Source: Balamuthia mandrillaris
Taxonomy: Eukaryota
Assembly (NCBI GenBank): GCA_031835245.2
Contig: JAVKOQ020000095.1
Location: 62,001 to 126,000, forward strand
Direction of reading: 5' to 3'
DNA length: 64,000 bases
Shown: positions 52,036 through 64,000 of the stretch, piece after piece
How positions within the stretch are numbered: the stretch's first letter is position 1
Layout of the letters: each line of letters begins with the position of its first letter
Translations under genes and position numbers: made by a program
The notes under the pieces: model-generated
The model's database searches: none
The model's input: only the letters and a program-made list of their open reading frames with translations
What the model was told of the DNA's origin: nothing

Positions 52036-52532
52036 AAAGAGAAAGAGAGAGAGAAGAGAAAGAGAAAGAGAAAGAGAAAGAGAAAGAGAAAGAGAAAGAG
52101 AAAGAGAAAGAGAAAGAGAAAGAGAAAGAGAAAGAGAAAGAGAAAGAGAAAGAGAAAGAGAAAGAGAAAGAGAAAGAGAAAGAGAAAGAGAAAGAGAAAG
52201 AGAAAGAGAAAGAGAAAGAGAAAGAGAAAGAGAAAGAGAAAGAGAAAGAGAAAGAGAAAGGACAAAGGAGACAATACCTTTGTTGGCGGAAGCAGAGGAT
52301 GACGCTGAAGCGGCCGCGGCAGTAGCAGCGTTGCGTTGAGCTTCTCTGAGACGAGCGGTGGCGCTGCGCTGTTCCACGGAAGGGCCGGCCTTTGCCTTGC
52401 TCATCTCCTCTGGCGGCACAAACTCAGCGGCTAGCGGTTTGCTGGTGTTGTTGGGAGGCCATACCACTCCATATATGCTCTCCCTGGCTTTCTCTGCTTG
52501 TTCCTCCGTCTCGTACTGCAATAAAAACCGTA

Positions 52533-52594
<62 letters not shown>

Positions 52595-52674
52595 ACAGAG
52601 AAAGAGAGACAGAGAGACAGAGAGACAGAGAGACAGAGAGACAGAGAGACAGAGAGACAGAGAGACAGAGAGAC

Positions 52675-52716
<42 letters not shown>

Positions 52717-53676
52717 ACATACGGAAACATAGCAATGAGTCTTGATGTCGTTCATCCAAAAGTCAACAACAGTGCCATGCTCAGAGAGAAAGGATTGCGC
52801 GGCCTTCACGGTGAACGGTCTTACAAAATTTTGAACCAACAGGGTGGTCGTTGGTGAGCGTTTCGCTGGCGGAACTGTCGTTTGTTTTGTGTGGATGTTT
52901 AGCGGTGAGAGAAGTAGAGCACGAGAGGAGAGAGAAGCGAGCGAATGTGGAGAGATAAGAAGAGAGGAGAGAAGCGAGAAATTATCAAACATACCAATTC
53001 TCTCTGGTTCTTGCTGAGCGGCCTCTTTCTGTCTGCCGAGAGCAGCGGCACCCGTGGCAGAGCGCGAGGAGGTGCTCTTCTCATCCTGTCGCTCCTCCTC
53101 TTCCTCTCGTTCCTCCTCCTCCTCCTCCTTTCGCTCACGACGATCGGGAGAAGAGGAGGGCTCGCGGGAACGCACGGGGGAGCGCGAGGGGGAGCGTTGC
53201 TCTTCTTCTCTTTCTTGCTGTGCTTCTTCTTCTTGGTCACTCTCTTCTTTCTTTGCTCTTTTTTGTGCTCTTTGTTTGTCTTCTTTCTCCTCCTCCTTCT
53301 CTCTTTCTTCTTCTGAAGAATATTGTCGTTGTGGACTCTCTTCTACTTTTTCTTCTTCTGCTTCTTCTTTGTCCATTTCCACGCCTGTTTCTTCGCTGCC
53401 ATCTCGTTTCCTTTTGTGCATACGGTTGCTCTCTTCTTCCCCCTCTCCCTCCTCATTGAGGGCGTCCTTCTTCTCTCTCGCTTCTGCTACTTCTTCCTCG
53501 TCCGCCTCTTGGTCGGCGGGTGCGGTGGTGGTAGCGGCCTGCAGCGCCTCCGCGAGGCGCTTGACCAGCTCGGCTTTGCGCCCTTGGTAGCTCAACCCGC
53601 GCTGACGAAGCTCCTTCTGCAAGTCCTTCACCGTGAGAGCGTCCAGGTTGTCCGCGTTCAGTGCTTTGGTCGCCAT
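51742..53676 (-). CDS. acin1: Acinus-like protein (SAP domain + RRM + RSB motif)
   Basis: SAP domain LTVKDLQKELRQRGLSYQGRKAELVKRL; RRM LLVQNFVRPFT...IKTHCYV...GVVWP; RSB motif TLNDLFRKTTARPSIYYLPLS. Confidence 0.9.
52050..52260. repeat. (GAAAGA)n intronic microsatellite in the Acinus gene
   Basis: About 35 near-perfect hexamer copies. Confidence 0.95.
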
Positions 53677-53739
53677 CTCTTCTCTTCTCTTCTCTTTCTT
53701 TTTATTTATTTTTTGTTTTTTTATTCGCTACTTTTTCTT

Positions 53740-53860
53740 TTTTCTGCGGACATCGCTGTCGACAAATTCATTTGGTGTCGACTGATCTGTGTCGACAAAA
53801 CACATTGTCGACAATATGGATGTGCTGACGTATTTTTGTGGACACAATTGTCGACGGTGG
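53740..53860. promoter_or_regulatory. Divergent promoter (Acinus / DJ-1) with five GTCGAC palindromes and a TGTCCGC motif
   Basis: GTCGAC at 53758, 53777, 53791, 53807, 53850; GCGGACA at about 53746. Confidence 0.55.
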
Positions 53861-53940
53861 ATTTGAACGAAAAACGAATGAAAACAGAAAAATATTTCCT
53901 GGAAACAAATTAAAAAAGAATCCAAAAAATAAATAAAAAA

Positions 53941-55084
53941 ATGGAACAACAGAAGAACGTGTTGGTGCCTGTGGCAGAGGGCTCCGAAGAAATCGAAACC
54001 GTTTCCATCATCGACACTCTCCGTCGTGCTGGTGCTAACGTTACTGGTTAACATTTTTTTGTTTCAAAAAAAAATCCTCTTTATGTATTGATTGTTTGGC
54101 GGATTATTATTTTTTTTTTTTTGTTCTTCACAGTGGCTGCTGTTGGGGACGCTCTCGAAGTCACTTGCTCACGCAAGGTCAAGCTGGTGGCGGACGTGAG
54201 GCTAAAGGACTTGGAGACGGCTCAGCAATGGGACCTGATCGCGCTGCCGGGGGGGTTGGACGGCGCCGAGAACCTGCGCCGCTCCGAGGAGCTCAAGCAG
54301 CTGCTGCTGAGGCAGAACGAGGAGGGCCGCCTCTACGCTGCCATATGTGCTTCTCCTGGTTTGTTATTTTTTCCCCGTCAGCGTTTCTTTTGTTTTTATT
54401 GTAGTTTCTTTCTTTCTTTCTTTCTTGTCGTTTCGTTCTTGCTTTCTTTTCTTTCTTTCTTTCTTTCTTGTCGTTTCTTTCTTTCTTTCTTTCTTTCTTG
54501 TCGTTTCTTTCTTTCTTTCTTTCTTTCTTGTCGTTTCGTTCTTTCTTTCTTGTCGTTTCTTTCTTTCTTGTCGTTTCTTTCTTTCTTTCTTTCTTTCTGT
54601 CTTTCTTTCTTTCTTGTCGTTTCTTTCTTTCTTTCTTGTCGTTTCTTTCTTTCTTGTCGTTTCTTTCTTTCTTTCTTGTACTTTTGTTCATTCATTGAAC
54701 AAAAAAAACAAATGTACACAGCTGTTGTCCTTCAAACGCACGGCCTGTTGGAGGGCAAGCAGGCCACCTGCTATCCGGCAGAGCGGTTTGTCAGCAGCTT
54801 GAAGCTGAAGGACAGCATCGAGGACGTGGTTGTGGAGGATGGCAACTGCGTCACCAGTCGTTCGCCTGGTACTGCCCTCCCCTTTGCCCTTCGTTTGGTT
54901 CAACGGGTACGAAACCTCTGTTGCTTTCTTTGCTTTCTTGTTCGTGTTCTTCTGTACCCATTCTTCGTGTGTTGTTTGTTGCTTATCATCTTGTTTTTTT
55001 TTTGTATGCTTTGTTGGTTTATAGTTGTACGGAAGAGAGAAAGCAGAAGAGCTTGCCAAAACGATGCTGGTCCCTTCCTTCTAA
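53941..55084 (+). CDS. DJ-1/PfpI (ThiJ-like) protein, 4 exons
   Basis: VLVPVAEGSEEIETVSIIDTLRRAG, DLIALPGGLDGAENL, AAICASP (nucleophilic Cys), ATCYP, VTSRSPGTA. Confidence 0.92.
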
Positions 55085-55192
55085 CTCAACAACAAAGTGA
55101 GATAATGACGAGCATCAGCATCCTACATTTGCTAGTAATCTTTCATATGAACAAAACAGAGTTTTATTCTTCTTTCTCCGCTACAAAACTTG

Positions 55193-55398
55193 CTAGCTAC
55201 GTTGTAAATACGACAACAATTCTTGCAAAGAGGAGGGGGAGGAAGGAGAGAAAAAAGTGGGAGAAGAGGACGTAGGAGAAGAGCCTGTAAGCACCCACAT
55301 GTCGTCTGTTTGTTGGCTGATGTTCTCTCGACACATTGGGCAGGTGGTGCTCCGCCTTTTCCTGTTTGTGTTTGTTTGAAACAGGCCCTTTCATCGAG

Positions 55399-55439
<41 letters not shown>

Positions 55440-56156
55440 GGAGGAGAGCAGAAGATAGATGACAAAGAAGAGAGAGAGAGAGAAAGAGAAGAGAACAAGA
55501 GAACGCTAACCATTCCTCAATGCAAGCGCCGCAAAAGGCATGAGCGCACGACAAGGCAACCTCTGCCCGTCGTTCCATGCATATCACACATTCTTCCTCT
55601 TCCTCCTTTTCTGCCTCTTCATTGCCCTTTTCCTTTTCTTCATCTTGCTCTTTCCGTTTCTCCTCTGCTGCTTCGTTTGTTGGTGCTTGTTCTTCTTGCT
55701 GTTGTTGTGAGAACCGAAGACGGCCTAACAAGGCATAAAACTGTTTGTAGTTTAATTCGTGGCTATAATGTTGCTCTGGTTCCTTTTTGTTTTAGATGAC
55801 AGAGAACGGTAAAGAAAAGGAAATTGAAAGAAAGAACGAAACGACAAGAAACAAGAAGCAAGAAGCAAAAGCAAGAAGCAAGAAGAAGAAGAAGAAGAAG
55901 AAGAAGAAGAAGAAGAAGAAGAAGAAGAAGAAGAAGAAGAAGAAGAAGAAGAAGAACAAGAAGAAGAAGAAGAACAAGAAGAAGAAGAATAAGAACAAGA
56001 AGAAGAAGAAGAAAAAGGAGAAGAACAAGAACAAGAAGAATAAGAACAAGAACAAGAAGAGCAGTAAGTAGAAGAAGAAAGCAGAAAAGGAGAAAGATAG
56101 AAGCAAGACGGATCAAGGAAGGAAGACAAACGGAGAGAGAGGAAGAGAGAGAGAGC

Positions 56157-56187
<31 letters not shown>

Positions 56188-56551
56188 ACTTCACAAACAA
56201 GAAGAAGACTATAACAACGGCAGCAACACATACCACGAGGACCCGGATCTTGACAAAGTGTTTCCATAGCAGCATGATGGGTATGTCCTGCTCAGAGGAG
56301 GGATGGAGCTGAAACGTGACTCGTTTGGGCGGCGCGCATGCCTTTTGTAAGCTGATCACAAAGAAGAAGAAGAAGATAAAAAATTGAACCGATTTTCGTT
56401 CGTATCTTGTTTTTTTTTCCTTCTGCACAACAGAGCGAGTGAAAACGTACAGCTGGTTAGCTTCCTGGATGTGGACCTGCAGGTCCCTGTAGGTACTTGC
56501 ATAGTCCCGGCGGTTCAGCTGGTGCACCTCTTTGGACTCCTTATTCCCCAT
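55193..56551 (-). CDS. RING-finger protein, RNF141-like (N-terminal MG)
   Basis: MGNKESK... leader; LLWK..VKI and LNYKQFY segments; C3HC4 RING CVICMERR...CAHAFCGACIEEW...TCPMCR; DDMWVL. Confidence 0.8.
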
Positions 56552-56820
56552 CTCTCTCTGCCTTTTGGCTTTGTTTACTTCGGTTGAATTATTTCATGTC
56601 GACACGTAAATTGTTGTATTTTGTCGACATTTTTCATGTCGACACGTATTCCCGGAAATCTCTTCCGTAAGCCTGTCTGCAACAAGACCCTCCGTCTAGA
56701 CATCGGGGTGGTACCACTTTCATAAAGGTGAAACTGAGTTTCAAACGAAACCAAAAAAATATCACACTCAGCAACAAGACGTAAAATATGAAAGGCAAGG
56801 CAAACTAAAAAATGAGCACT

Positions 56821-56892
56821 TAGCAGAGAGAGGTTTCGATCCTCCGACCTGTGGGTTATGGGCCCACCACGCTTCCACTGCGCCACTCTGCT
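56821..56892 (-). tRNA. Initiator tRNA-Met (CAT)
   Basis: AGCAGAGTGGCGCAGTGGAAGCGTGGTGGGCCCATAACCCACAGGTCGGAGGATCGAAACCTCTCTCTGCTA: A1-T72 pair, three G-C pairs in the anticodon stem, ATCGAAA T-loop. Confidence 0.96.
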
Positions 56893-57087
56893 TTCTCGAA
56901 GTTAGGAAGGATGCTTTTGTTTCGCTAATGCTTTGCTTTCCTCCCCGCTGGTACAAAGTGCGAGGAGGAAAGCAAGAATCCGCATAACTGGCATTCTTTA
57001 GATATTGTGTCTACAAAAATCCGGACGTCAGAGTCGACAAAAACGGTCCGCAAAAAATTGAAAGCAAAAGAAGAAAGAAAGAAAGAA

Positions 57088-57860
57088 ATGACCAGAAAGA
57101 GTAGCGCCCGTACGTCCTCTCCGGCCTTTGCCTTTCCCCCTCCATTGTTAGGTGTTGGCCTTTTTGTTCTTCTTCTTCTTTATGTTGCAACCCTGCATGT
57201 TAAACTGTATTCATAATAGGAAGAAAAAAGTTGAGAGATCGTGAGGCGGCACGAGAACAAGAAGATGGAAGTTCCGGGGGAGGAGCGTCGAAATGGAGCA
57301 CCGCCCCCATCTCCATGACCTTGGAAATGGGGGGTGCTGGTTTTGGGGGTGAAGCATCAACGTCCGCTGAAAGCTCCGAAGGTGGAGGATGGAGCACAGC
57401 GCCCATTCTCGGTGGCAGTGCCGTTAGACCCATGCCGTTGTTGGGCTTGAATGAAAACGATACCGCAAAACCTTCTTCTTCATCCTCTTCCTCTTCTTCA
57501 CTTGCAGAGTCTTTACACCGGTTTATTCTCCTACTGCTTCTATCTTCTGCTTGTTCTTCTTCGTGTTCTTCGCTTGCTTCTTCATTCTTGTTCTTCGTTC
57601 TTCGTTCTTCTTTTTCTCTTCTTCTTTGCTTCTTGTTGTCTTCTTGCTTTTTGTTTTCAAGCTCACATGAACTCTTCACCACCAGCAACGGAGTAAGCAA
57701 AGCGATCAACAAAGGCAAAAAACTATCACGCAAAGCAAAGCAACGCAAAGAAGCCAAAACGGCCAAAGCATTGGCCTTCTCCGAGCAAACCGCCAAAAAG
57801 GCCACCACCCGAGAGAAAGCCAAACAAAGAAAAGAGAAATGGAAAAACTTGTGGACATAA
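57088..57860 (+). CDS. Small basic protein, Alb1/Ecm1-like ribosome-biogenesis factor (3 exons)
   Basis: ATG at 57088 follows a GTCGAC/GTCCGC cluster. Splicing gives MTRKSSARRKKLRD...KKLSRKAKQRKEAKTAKALAFSEQ...KQRKEKWKNLWT. The family call is by resemblance only. Confidence 0.55.
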
Positions 57861-57923
57861 ACAAAAACCACTTTCAGGTTTGGTTTCTCCTCAAAGAACC
57901 ATGCTTTTCAACTCTTTTTTCTT

Positions 57924-58918
57924 TTATAGCAGTTGTCGCCAGAGAAACTCTGGTGTATAGAAGGAAGAAGCAGATGAAGCAGGCCGCATTCCTCCTTCTG
58001 CTTCTTCTGTCTTTGTCTTCTGCTCTCCTTCAGCGGCTTGTTTGTTCTCAGCAGCCACGATGGAACAACTGCGAGAGCAAGTATAAATCAAGAGTGTTCC
58101 CCAGTTGACAGATGGTGTTGCCTCTCCTGGCGCCAATGATGCAACCTTCTCGACATCCAAGAAATGGAGCAACTGCGGCATAACTTGAAACTCTAACGAG
58201 CATGACGCACCGCAACGAGCGCAAGGGGGGATGTCTGTGGAGGAAGATGGTCTCCCTGTGTTAGACACCCAAAGGGCCTCGGTCTTGGTTGGATCGGCAT
58301 AGTATCTGCTCGTTGTTGATGAGTGTTAGGAGAAGGGAAGGAAAGTGATGAAGAGAGAAGGGAGAAGAAATAGGTGATAGCAGACAGAAGCAAGAAGATG
58401 AACGTACCGAAGACATTGGTCGGGGTCTCGGCTAATCCTTTGTTGAAACTTGACAAAAGAGCCATCAGCCTGGTACTTCATCTCAAAGTCAGCATCAGGG
58501 TCATCCTTGCCTTGCGGATGCACAATGGGAATCGCTCCATAACGCTCCTTCAACTCCTTTTCGCTCAGTGCCTTCTCCGTCTCCGTGGGAGGCCCCTCCG
58601 CTTCAGTCACAATCTCAAACTCTGGCCACAACACGGGATGCTGTTCTTCTTCCTCTTCCTCTTCTTTGGATATGTTGTTTGCGTCTTGTTGTTTGGTGTT
58701 GGCGTCGAGGGAGGCGCATTGTAGCTTGTGTTGAGGCCAATGAAGGACTTGGTGAGCACGGCTGCAGTAGTGTGCAGCTTTGCACTTTCCACAACGTTTG
58801 GGTGCTCCTGCTCCGCATATTATGCATGTCGTGACTGAACAAGAAGCAAGAAGTCAAACTCAAGCAACAAAGAGATAAGAGAAAAGGAGGCGCTGGAGAA
58901 GCAGAGAGAGCAGAGAAG

Positions 58919-58960
<42 letters not shown>

Positions 58961-59358
58961 AGCAGAGAGCAGAGAGCAGAGAGCAGAGAGCAGAGAGAAG
59001 AGAGAGAGAGAGAGCAGAGAGAAGGCAGAGAGACAAACAAGTAGAGGGCGGAACAAAGCGGTAGCGTGGCGCATCATCGTCTTCTTCGCACTCCGACTCT
59101 GTATCTGTTTCTTCTTTTTCTTTCTCTTTGTTTGGCTTTTGTTGTTGTGATGGCGAGGATGGAGACGGGGAAGGAAGAACGGGAAGGTAGTAAGGGTTGT
59201 CCTTGGGCAGCTGGCAGCGCAGCACTTTGAAGCTGCCGTTCGGCAAACGTTGATGACAAGCGCCATCCTTGCAGGCAAAAACGTAGAGAAAACGATGGTA
59301 GGTATCCTCATGCGACAGAGGAGCATACACCTGTTGCAGGCAGTGAGAAAGAAAGAGA

Positions 59359-59392
<34 letters not shown>

Positions 59393-59815
59393 AACCTGTA
59401 AGAGGAGAGGCATCGGTGCTTCGCAGTGAGGGCATTGAAGCTGTTCGCTGCTGGGCACGTCTTTCGGGATTAACCAAACCTGTTTTTGTCGGTATGTGTG
59501 TGAGAGAGGAAGAAAAAAATGGAGAGGAAGGGAGAGCACACAAAGAGCAAAACGTACAGGCTTTCCGCCCACTTTGCTGAGCAGAAAGGGATAGTTGATG
59601 AGCCGACGCGGAGCTTTCTCCACAAACCCCAAAAAAACTTTTCCCTCTCCTTGTGCTTCTTCTCTGGTCGCTGAGGGCTCCTCGCACGAAGAAGAAGAAG
59701 AAGTAGTGGAGGAAGCGTCATCCTCTACCTGCTGTTGCGGTGCCGGAGCGTCGGCGGAGGAGGAGGAGGAGGAAGCATCACAGGAGGAGGACGTTACTGT
59801 CTCTCCTTTTTCCAT
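57924..59815 (-). CDS. pdcd2: PDCD2 (zf-MYND + PDCD2_C) ribosomal-protein chaperone
   Basis: SKVGGKPVWL, CPHC...LLLQVYAPL, HRFLYVFAC, MYND CIICG...CGKCK..HYCSRAHQ, WPEFEIVTE, FQQRISRDPDQCLRY, IPPC..CG...EFQVMPQLL, NWGTLLIYTC. Confidence 0.93.
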
Positions 59816-59904
59816 TTGTTTTATTTTTATTTTTATTCGATATTTTTATTCGATATTTTTTTTAACAGCTGAAAAAAAAATGAAGAAATAAAATAAAAAA
59901 GAGA

Positions 59905-59976
59905 TGGTTCTAACGAGTTTCGATCTCGTGACCTTTCGCGTGTGAGGCGAACGTGATACCACTACACCATAGAACC
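59905..59976 (-). tRNA. tRNA-Val (CAC), copy 1
   Basis: GGTTCTATGGTGTAGTGGTATCACGTTCGCCTCACACGCGAAAGGTCACGAGATCGAAACTCGTTAGAACCA; cloverleaf; T-run terminator downstream. Confidence 0.93.
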
Positions 59977-60095
59977 TGGTTGGTGCAAGGAGATAAAAAA
60001 TTGGATTGTTATGATGTGATTCAGTGGCAGAAAGCCCCTTCGTTGGCGCTCTCCGCCTCTGTTGGGCCTCTCTTCTTTCTCTCCCTCTCTCCCTC

Positions 60096-60144
<49 letters not shown>

Positions 60145-60839
60145 AGGAGGACAACATGGGGCCACTGCCAAATATTCCACCTCCCTCTCACACGTGCTCA
60201 ACGTCTACTCTATTGCCCCTGCCCCCGACGCAGTAGAACCGAACAGCGACTACGCAAACAGCAGCAGCTACGACGATGACACCGCAGCCAGCGACGCCAA
60301 CAGTGCAACTGTGCCTGAGCCCCCTTGCGCCTCCATGTTGTCCTCCAAGATTCATTGGCCCTCTTCCCTCTTGGCCGTCGACGCCAGTGTCCGCGCGCTC
60401 CGTGACGTTGTTCAGGGGCTCGTCACCAGCCAAACCAAGCTCCAGCAGGAGGTGCTCCGTGCTCAGCGTGAAGCCGAAGCCCGCCACCAAGCTGAGTGCG
60501 ACCAACTTCGCAAAGGCCTTCGTGATGCCGAAGCGCTACTAGCCGAGGTAGCTGCCCTCCGTGCCCATGGTCCCACTACCGTCTCAACCACAGCACCGCC
60601 CCCCCCCCCACGCGCCAGCCCTACCCTCTGGCCAACCCACCCCCACTACCACCCGTCCTCACGTCCCCCTCGCCCAGCCACCTTCCGCTCGCCCCCCAGC
60701 CTCCGTGTGGAGTGATGCTGCCAAATACACCCAACTCACACCAGCGCCTGCCTGCTCCTGTGCCCAACTCGCTCCGAGCCCGCAGTGAGGAGTTCAAGCT
60801 TCATCCCTGTCTCAAATTTTTTGCAGCCTACGCCAACCA
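59977..60839 (+). mobile_element. Possible decayed element or pseudogene between the divergent tRNA-Val genes
   Basis: C-rich, intronless, coding-like stretch (coiled coil RALRDVVQGLVTSQTKLQQEVL...) with no clear start. Coding-like reading continues through apparent frameshifts up to the tRNA. Confidence 0.35.
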
Positions 60840-60911
60840 GGTTCTATGGTGTAGTGGTATCACGTTCGCCTCACACGCGAAAGGTCACGAGATCGAAACT
60901 CGTTAGAACCA
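60840..60911 (+). tRNA. tRNA-Val (CAC), copy 2, identical to copy 1
   Basis: Same 72-nt sequence on the plus strand, followed by TCTCTTTTT. Confidence 0.93.
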
Positions 60912-61207
60912 TCTCTTTTTGTTTTGCATTTGATTCATGCCTAATTAGGTAATTGCTCGAACCGGTTTTTTTTTGGGATCCTTTTTTTGTTCCCCACGGA
61001 GGGAAACCCGCTCTTCGAAGCAAAAGCAAAGAGGGACTGAGCAGGGGGCACCATCAGCGTTCCGTTGAAGTACATCTCTTTCAATAGTCCGTTCAACAAT
61101 AAGAACGCTCACCGTTTTGCAGGACCCTTTTTTTGTGACATAGAACTGGCGCTATTGGAGCTCTCCAAGAGGCACAGCTTGCTCACAAAGAGAAAACGGA
61201 GACAAAG

Positions 61208-64000
61208 ATGAGTGAGGCAAACGCCTATGACTATTATGGAGAGGGAAGCTCCACTGACGACTCAGGCACGCCAAGGAGCTTTCAGTTGTCAGACCCTCTT
61301 CTAAGCTGTAACTCTTCTCCCGACCTTCAATTTGATCCTCTTCTTCTGCCTCAAAGTGAGGACGACGAAGACGACGCGTATGATGAAGAACAAGCCGAAT
61401 ATGAAGAGGATTATGAGGATCCTCTTACAGCAAACTTTCAAAAGGAAAGTAAGAGCCAGGTTGTTGAGTCTTCGCATGGGTCTTCCTCAAAAAAGATGAA
61501 AATGAAGAAGAAGCCCGGAAAACCGGGGCTCAGACGGACCAATTCTGCCTCTGCAGCAAGCAATATGAGGATAACAAAAAAGTCAACCTCACAACCAGTG
61601 GGAGGATCCCCCCGAATACCTCCGCGAACTGCTCGAGAGCACTCTTCCGCTTCCGCTCTGCCTTCACAACAGAGAAAGAGTTCTGCTCCGCCAAGCGGCA
61701 TACATGTTACCCCACCTTCTCCTCCTGTCGCGTCTGCTAGTTCGAGTTCGTCAACGGTGAAGGAGGAGGGGGAGAGGACTGCACGCAGAATGGAACGAAG
61801 GATGCAGGTCATAAAGGAACTTGTTGCCACGGAAGAGAAATATGTAAACAGTATCGAAGCGCTCGTTGAGGTGGGCTGTTCAGCTTACCTTCTTTTTCCT
61901 TCCTCTGCTTGCATGCTAAGCTAAACTCGAAACAAAAAAGGTTTATCTCCAAGACCTTAGAGGCAGCCGTTTGTTGGAGGCGGAGGAAGTGGAAATTATG
62001 TTCTCCAACATTGAACACATTCTTAAGCTTAACCAGAACCTCCACACCAAACTCAAAGAACGAACCACCAGTTGGGAGACCCAGGGAGTTGACCCTTCCA
62101 AGCGGGTCCTCTCCGACATCCTCTTATCCGTCGTATGTGTCTTCATCTATTTTTTTTAATTTTGTGTTAGATTATTTAATGTTATTCTTATTGTTATTTT
62201 ATTCTGGATTGAATAACTCAACTTGCTTGTGTTCTTTGTAACGGTTATACAGTTCCCATTCATGAAGATATACAGCCAATATTGTACACGGCAGGACAAA
62301 GCCACCGAGCTCCGCCTCAAGCTCGTCAAAGAGAACTCCAAATTCAAGTCCTTTCTCAAAGTAAATCTCTTTTTCCTTCCTTCTTCTGTTGCTTCTTCGT
62401 ATTGTCTTTTTGCTTCACTTTCTTCCTCTCTCTTCTCTATGTCTGTTTGTTCTGCTTCGGTCATTGTTGTGAATGCATAAAACAAACAACAAACCAAACA
62501 CCAAACAGAAAGCACAACAGAACAAGAGATGCAACAACCAAGACCTGGGCTCCTTTCTCATCATGCCCATCCAACGCATCCCTCGCTACAAGCTCCTCCT
62601 GCAGGAGCTCCTCAAGTGCACGCCCGAGGAGCATGCCGACCACAAGGGCCTGGTAAAGGCGTTTGAGATCATGGACTCCATAGCAACCTTTATAGAGGAC
62701 AGGCAGCAGAATGGGCAGCCCTTGAACGTGAGGCGGTTGATTGCTGCGCATGAACAATTCGGAGAAGTGGAGGTTAGTTTTATCTTTCTTCTCCTCAACA
62801 AACAAAAACCCAACTTGAAATAAAAACAAACAAAAAAAAAAAAACAGAGAATGATGCAACCTTGGAGGAAATGGGTCAAAGACGGAGAGATAACGGCCGT
62901 GGATCGGCTGCGCGCTGCCAACAAGACCCGCCAACTGTGGATCTTCCTGTTCACCGACATTCTCTGCTTTGCTCGCTTGAAGAGTCGCAGCGGCTCTCTC
63001 GCCGTCTCTCCTCGTGGAGAGGAGAGCGATTCGCGTTCTCCTCCGAAATCTCCAAAGTCTCCAAAATCTCCTCACCACCACTCGCCTTCTCCTCGTTCGA
63101 AGAATAAGTTGTTGGCCAACTTGGATATCATCGATCGTGGAGAGAAAGAAAAGGCAGGAGAAAAAGGAGGAAAGAAGAAGAAAGGATTAAGTCCTGCAGC
63201 TTCATTGTCTTCTTTGTCGGATGTGGTTGGAGGAGAGAGAGGAGAGGATGGAGGTGGAAACGAAGAGGAGACAGATGAGGAATTTGAATTCTTGGGGAAA
63301 ATGTATTTGTCAGAGGTATGGTTGAGAGATGTAGATGCTGGTAGTGGAGGAGGGAACACCTTCTTGCTGTACTCCCCGCAGGTGAGCTTCATATTTACCG
63401 CTGGTACTGCGGAGGAAAAGAAGGTCTGGATGGATACGCTTGCCTCTACCACGGAGACCTATCTCGACAGTAACACTAAGTTCTCTGGTATGTCTTGTGG
63501 CTCCTTCCTGCTTCCTTCTTTGTTGTTTACCCTCTTCCTTCATTCTATTGTTGCAAACAGACCATCGGGCAGAAGTATTAAAAGGGTTACAAGAAAAGCT
63601 AAAGAAAATCAATGAAGCACAACAAAGCCAACAACCAATGCACAACGCCGAAACAGAAATAACAACACAATCTCTAGGGATGGGCATCTACCTTGAAGAA
63701 GGAAATGACGAAGATGAGTTGCATGATAACATGTCTCGCATTTTTGGTCCAAACTTTTTCCAACTGCCGCCCGGACAAAAGGTTGGCATGAGTGCTAACA
63801 ACAACAAGTCGGAAGAAGGGGATAGCAACAACAGCAGTACTACTACTAATGATAACACGAACAACAAGAAAGAAAGTAAGAAAAAGCGAGGCTCGTTGGG
63901 AAGAAAGAACAAAACAGTAAATGACTTACGGAAGGCGATGGAAGGGACCGAAGGCAGCCAGCATCCGCGAAGGGTTCGTTGCTTTTCTTCTTTGCATCAT
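61208..64000 (+). CDS. RhoGEF (DH-PH) protein, continues past the right edge
   Basis: DH domain [54 protein letters not shown] domain [12 protein letters not shown]...EEKKVWMD. Confidence 0.92.

Noticed and set aside
51742..53676. 644-aa uninterrupted ORF with long poly-SL tracts as the real Acinus protein
   Set aside because: The SL tracts are GT-AG introns that happen to be stop-free and in frame; the RRM is contiguous only after splicing.
57200..57871. 223-aa minus-strand ORF
   Set aside because: The plus-strand spliced model fits better (ATG after promoter motifs, GT-AG introns with pyrimidine sense polarity).

Overview
Gene-dense eukaryotic genomic DNA with many short GT-AG introns packed with microsatellites ((CT)n, (TTC)n, (CTTT)n). 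Gene content and architecture suggest a free-living amoeba (Amoebozoa, possibly Balamuthia-like); this is an inference. About 24 protein genes can be reconstructed by hand: ankyrin protein, Cdc6, Oca6-like pseudophosphatase, Pch2/TRIP13, a coiled-coil protein, an intronless F-box/CPWD-repeat protein, CRIPT, CEPT, Ctk3-like, F-box/WD40, BolA, VAMP7-like, an FG-GAP membrane protein, KLHDC4, Atg11, PRMT, an intronless ADP/ATP carrier, a Frizzled-like GPCR, PPR, Acinus, DJ-1, RNF141-like, Alb1-like, PDCD2 and a RhoGEF. There are also tRNA-iMet and two identical, divergent tRNA-Val(CAC) genes. Main observations: (1) the Walker A motif of Pch2/TRIP13 appears to require a single-nucleotide exon (G8945); (2) recurring upstream motifs (GTCGAC clusters amplified by ~40-50 bp duplications, TGTCCGC, TCGYGTCGTCAYGAA, E2F-like sites); (3) a decayed ORF between the two head-to-head tRNA-Val genes; (4) an intronless ANT with a perfect heat-shock element and a variant RRRLQM signature; (5) an FG-GAP protein with an NPxF tail; (6) a candidate structured ncRNA at about 26190-26450. 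All gene models and family assignments are by eye, without database searches. Most listed six-frame ORFs are microsatellite or antisense artefacts.
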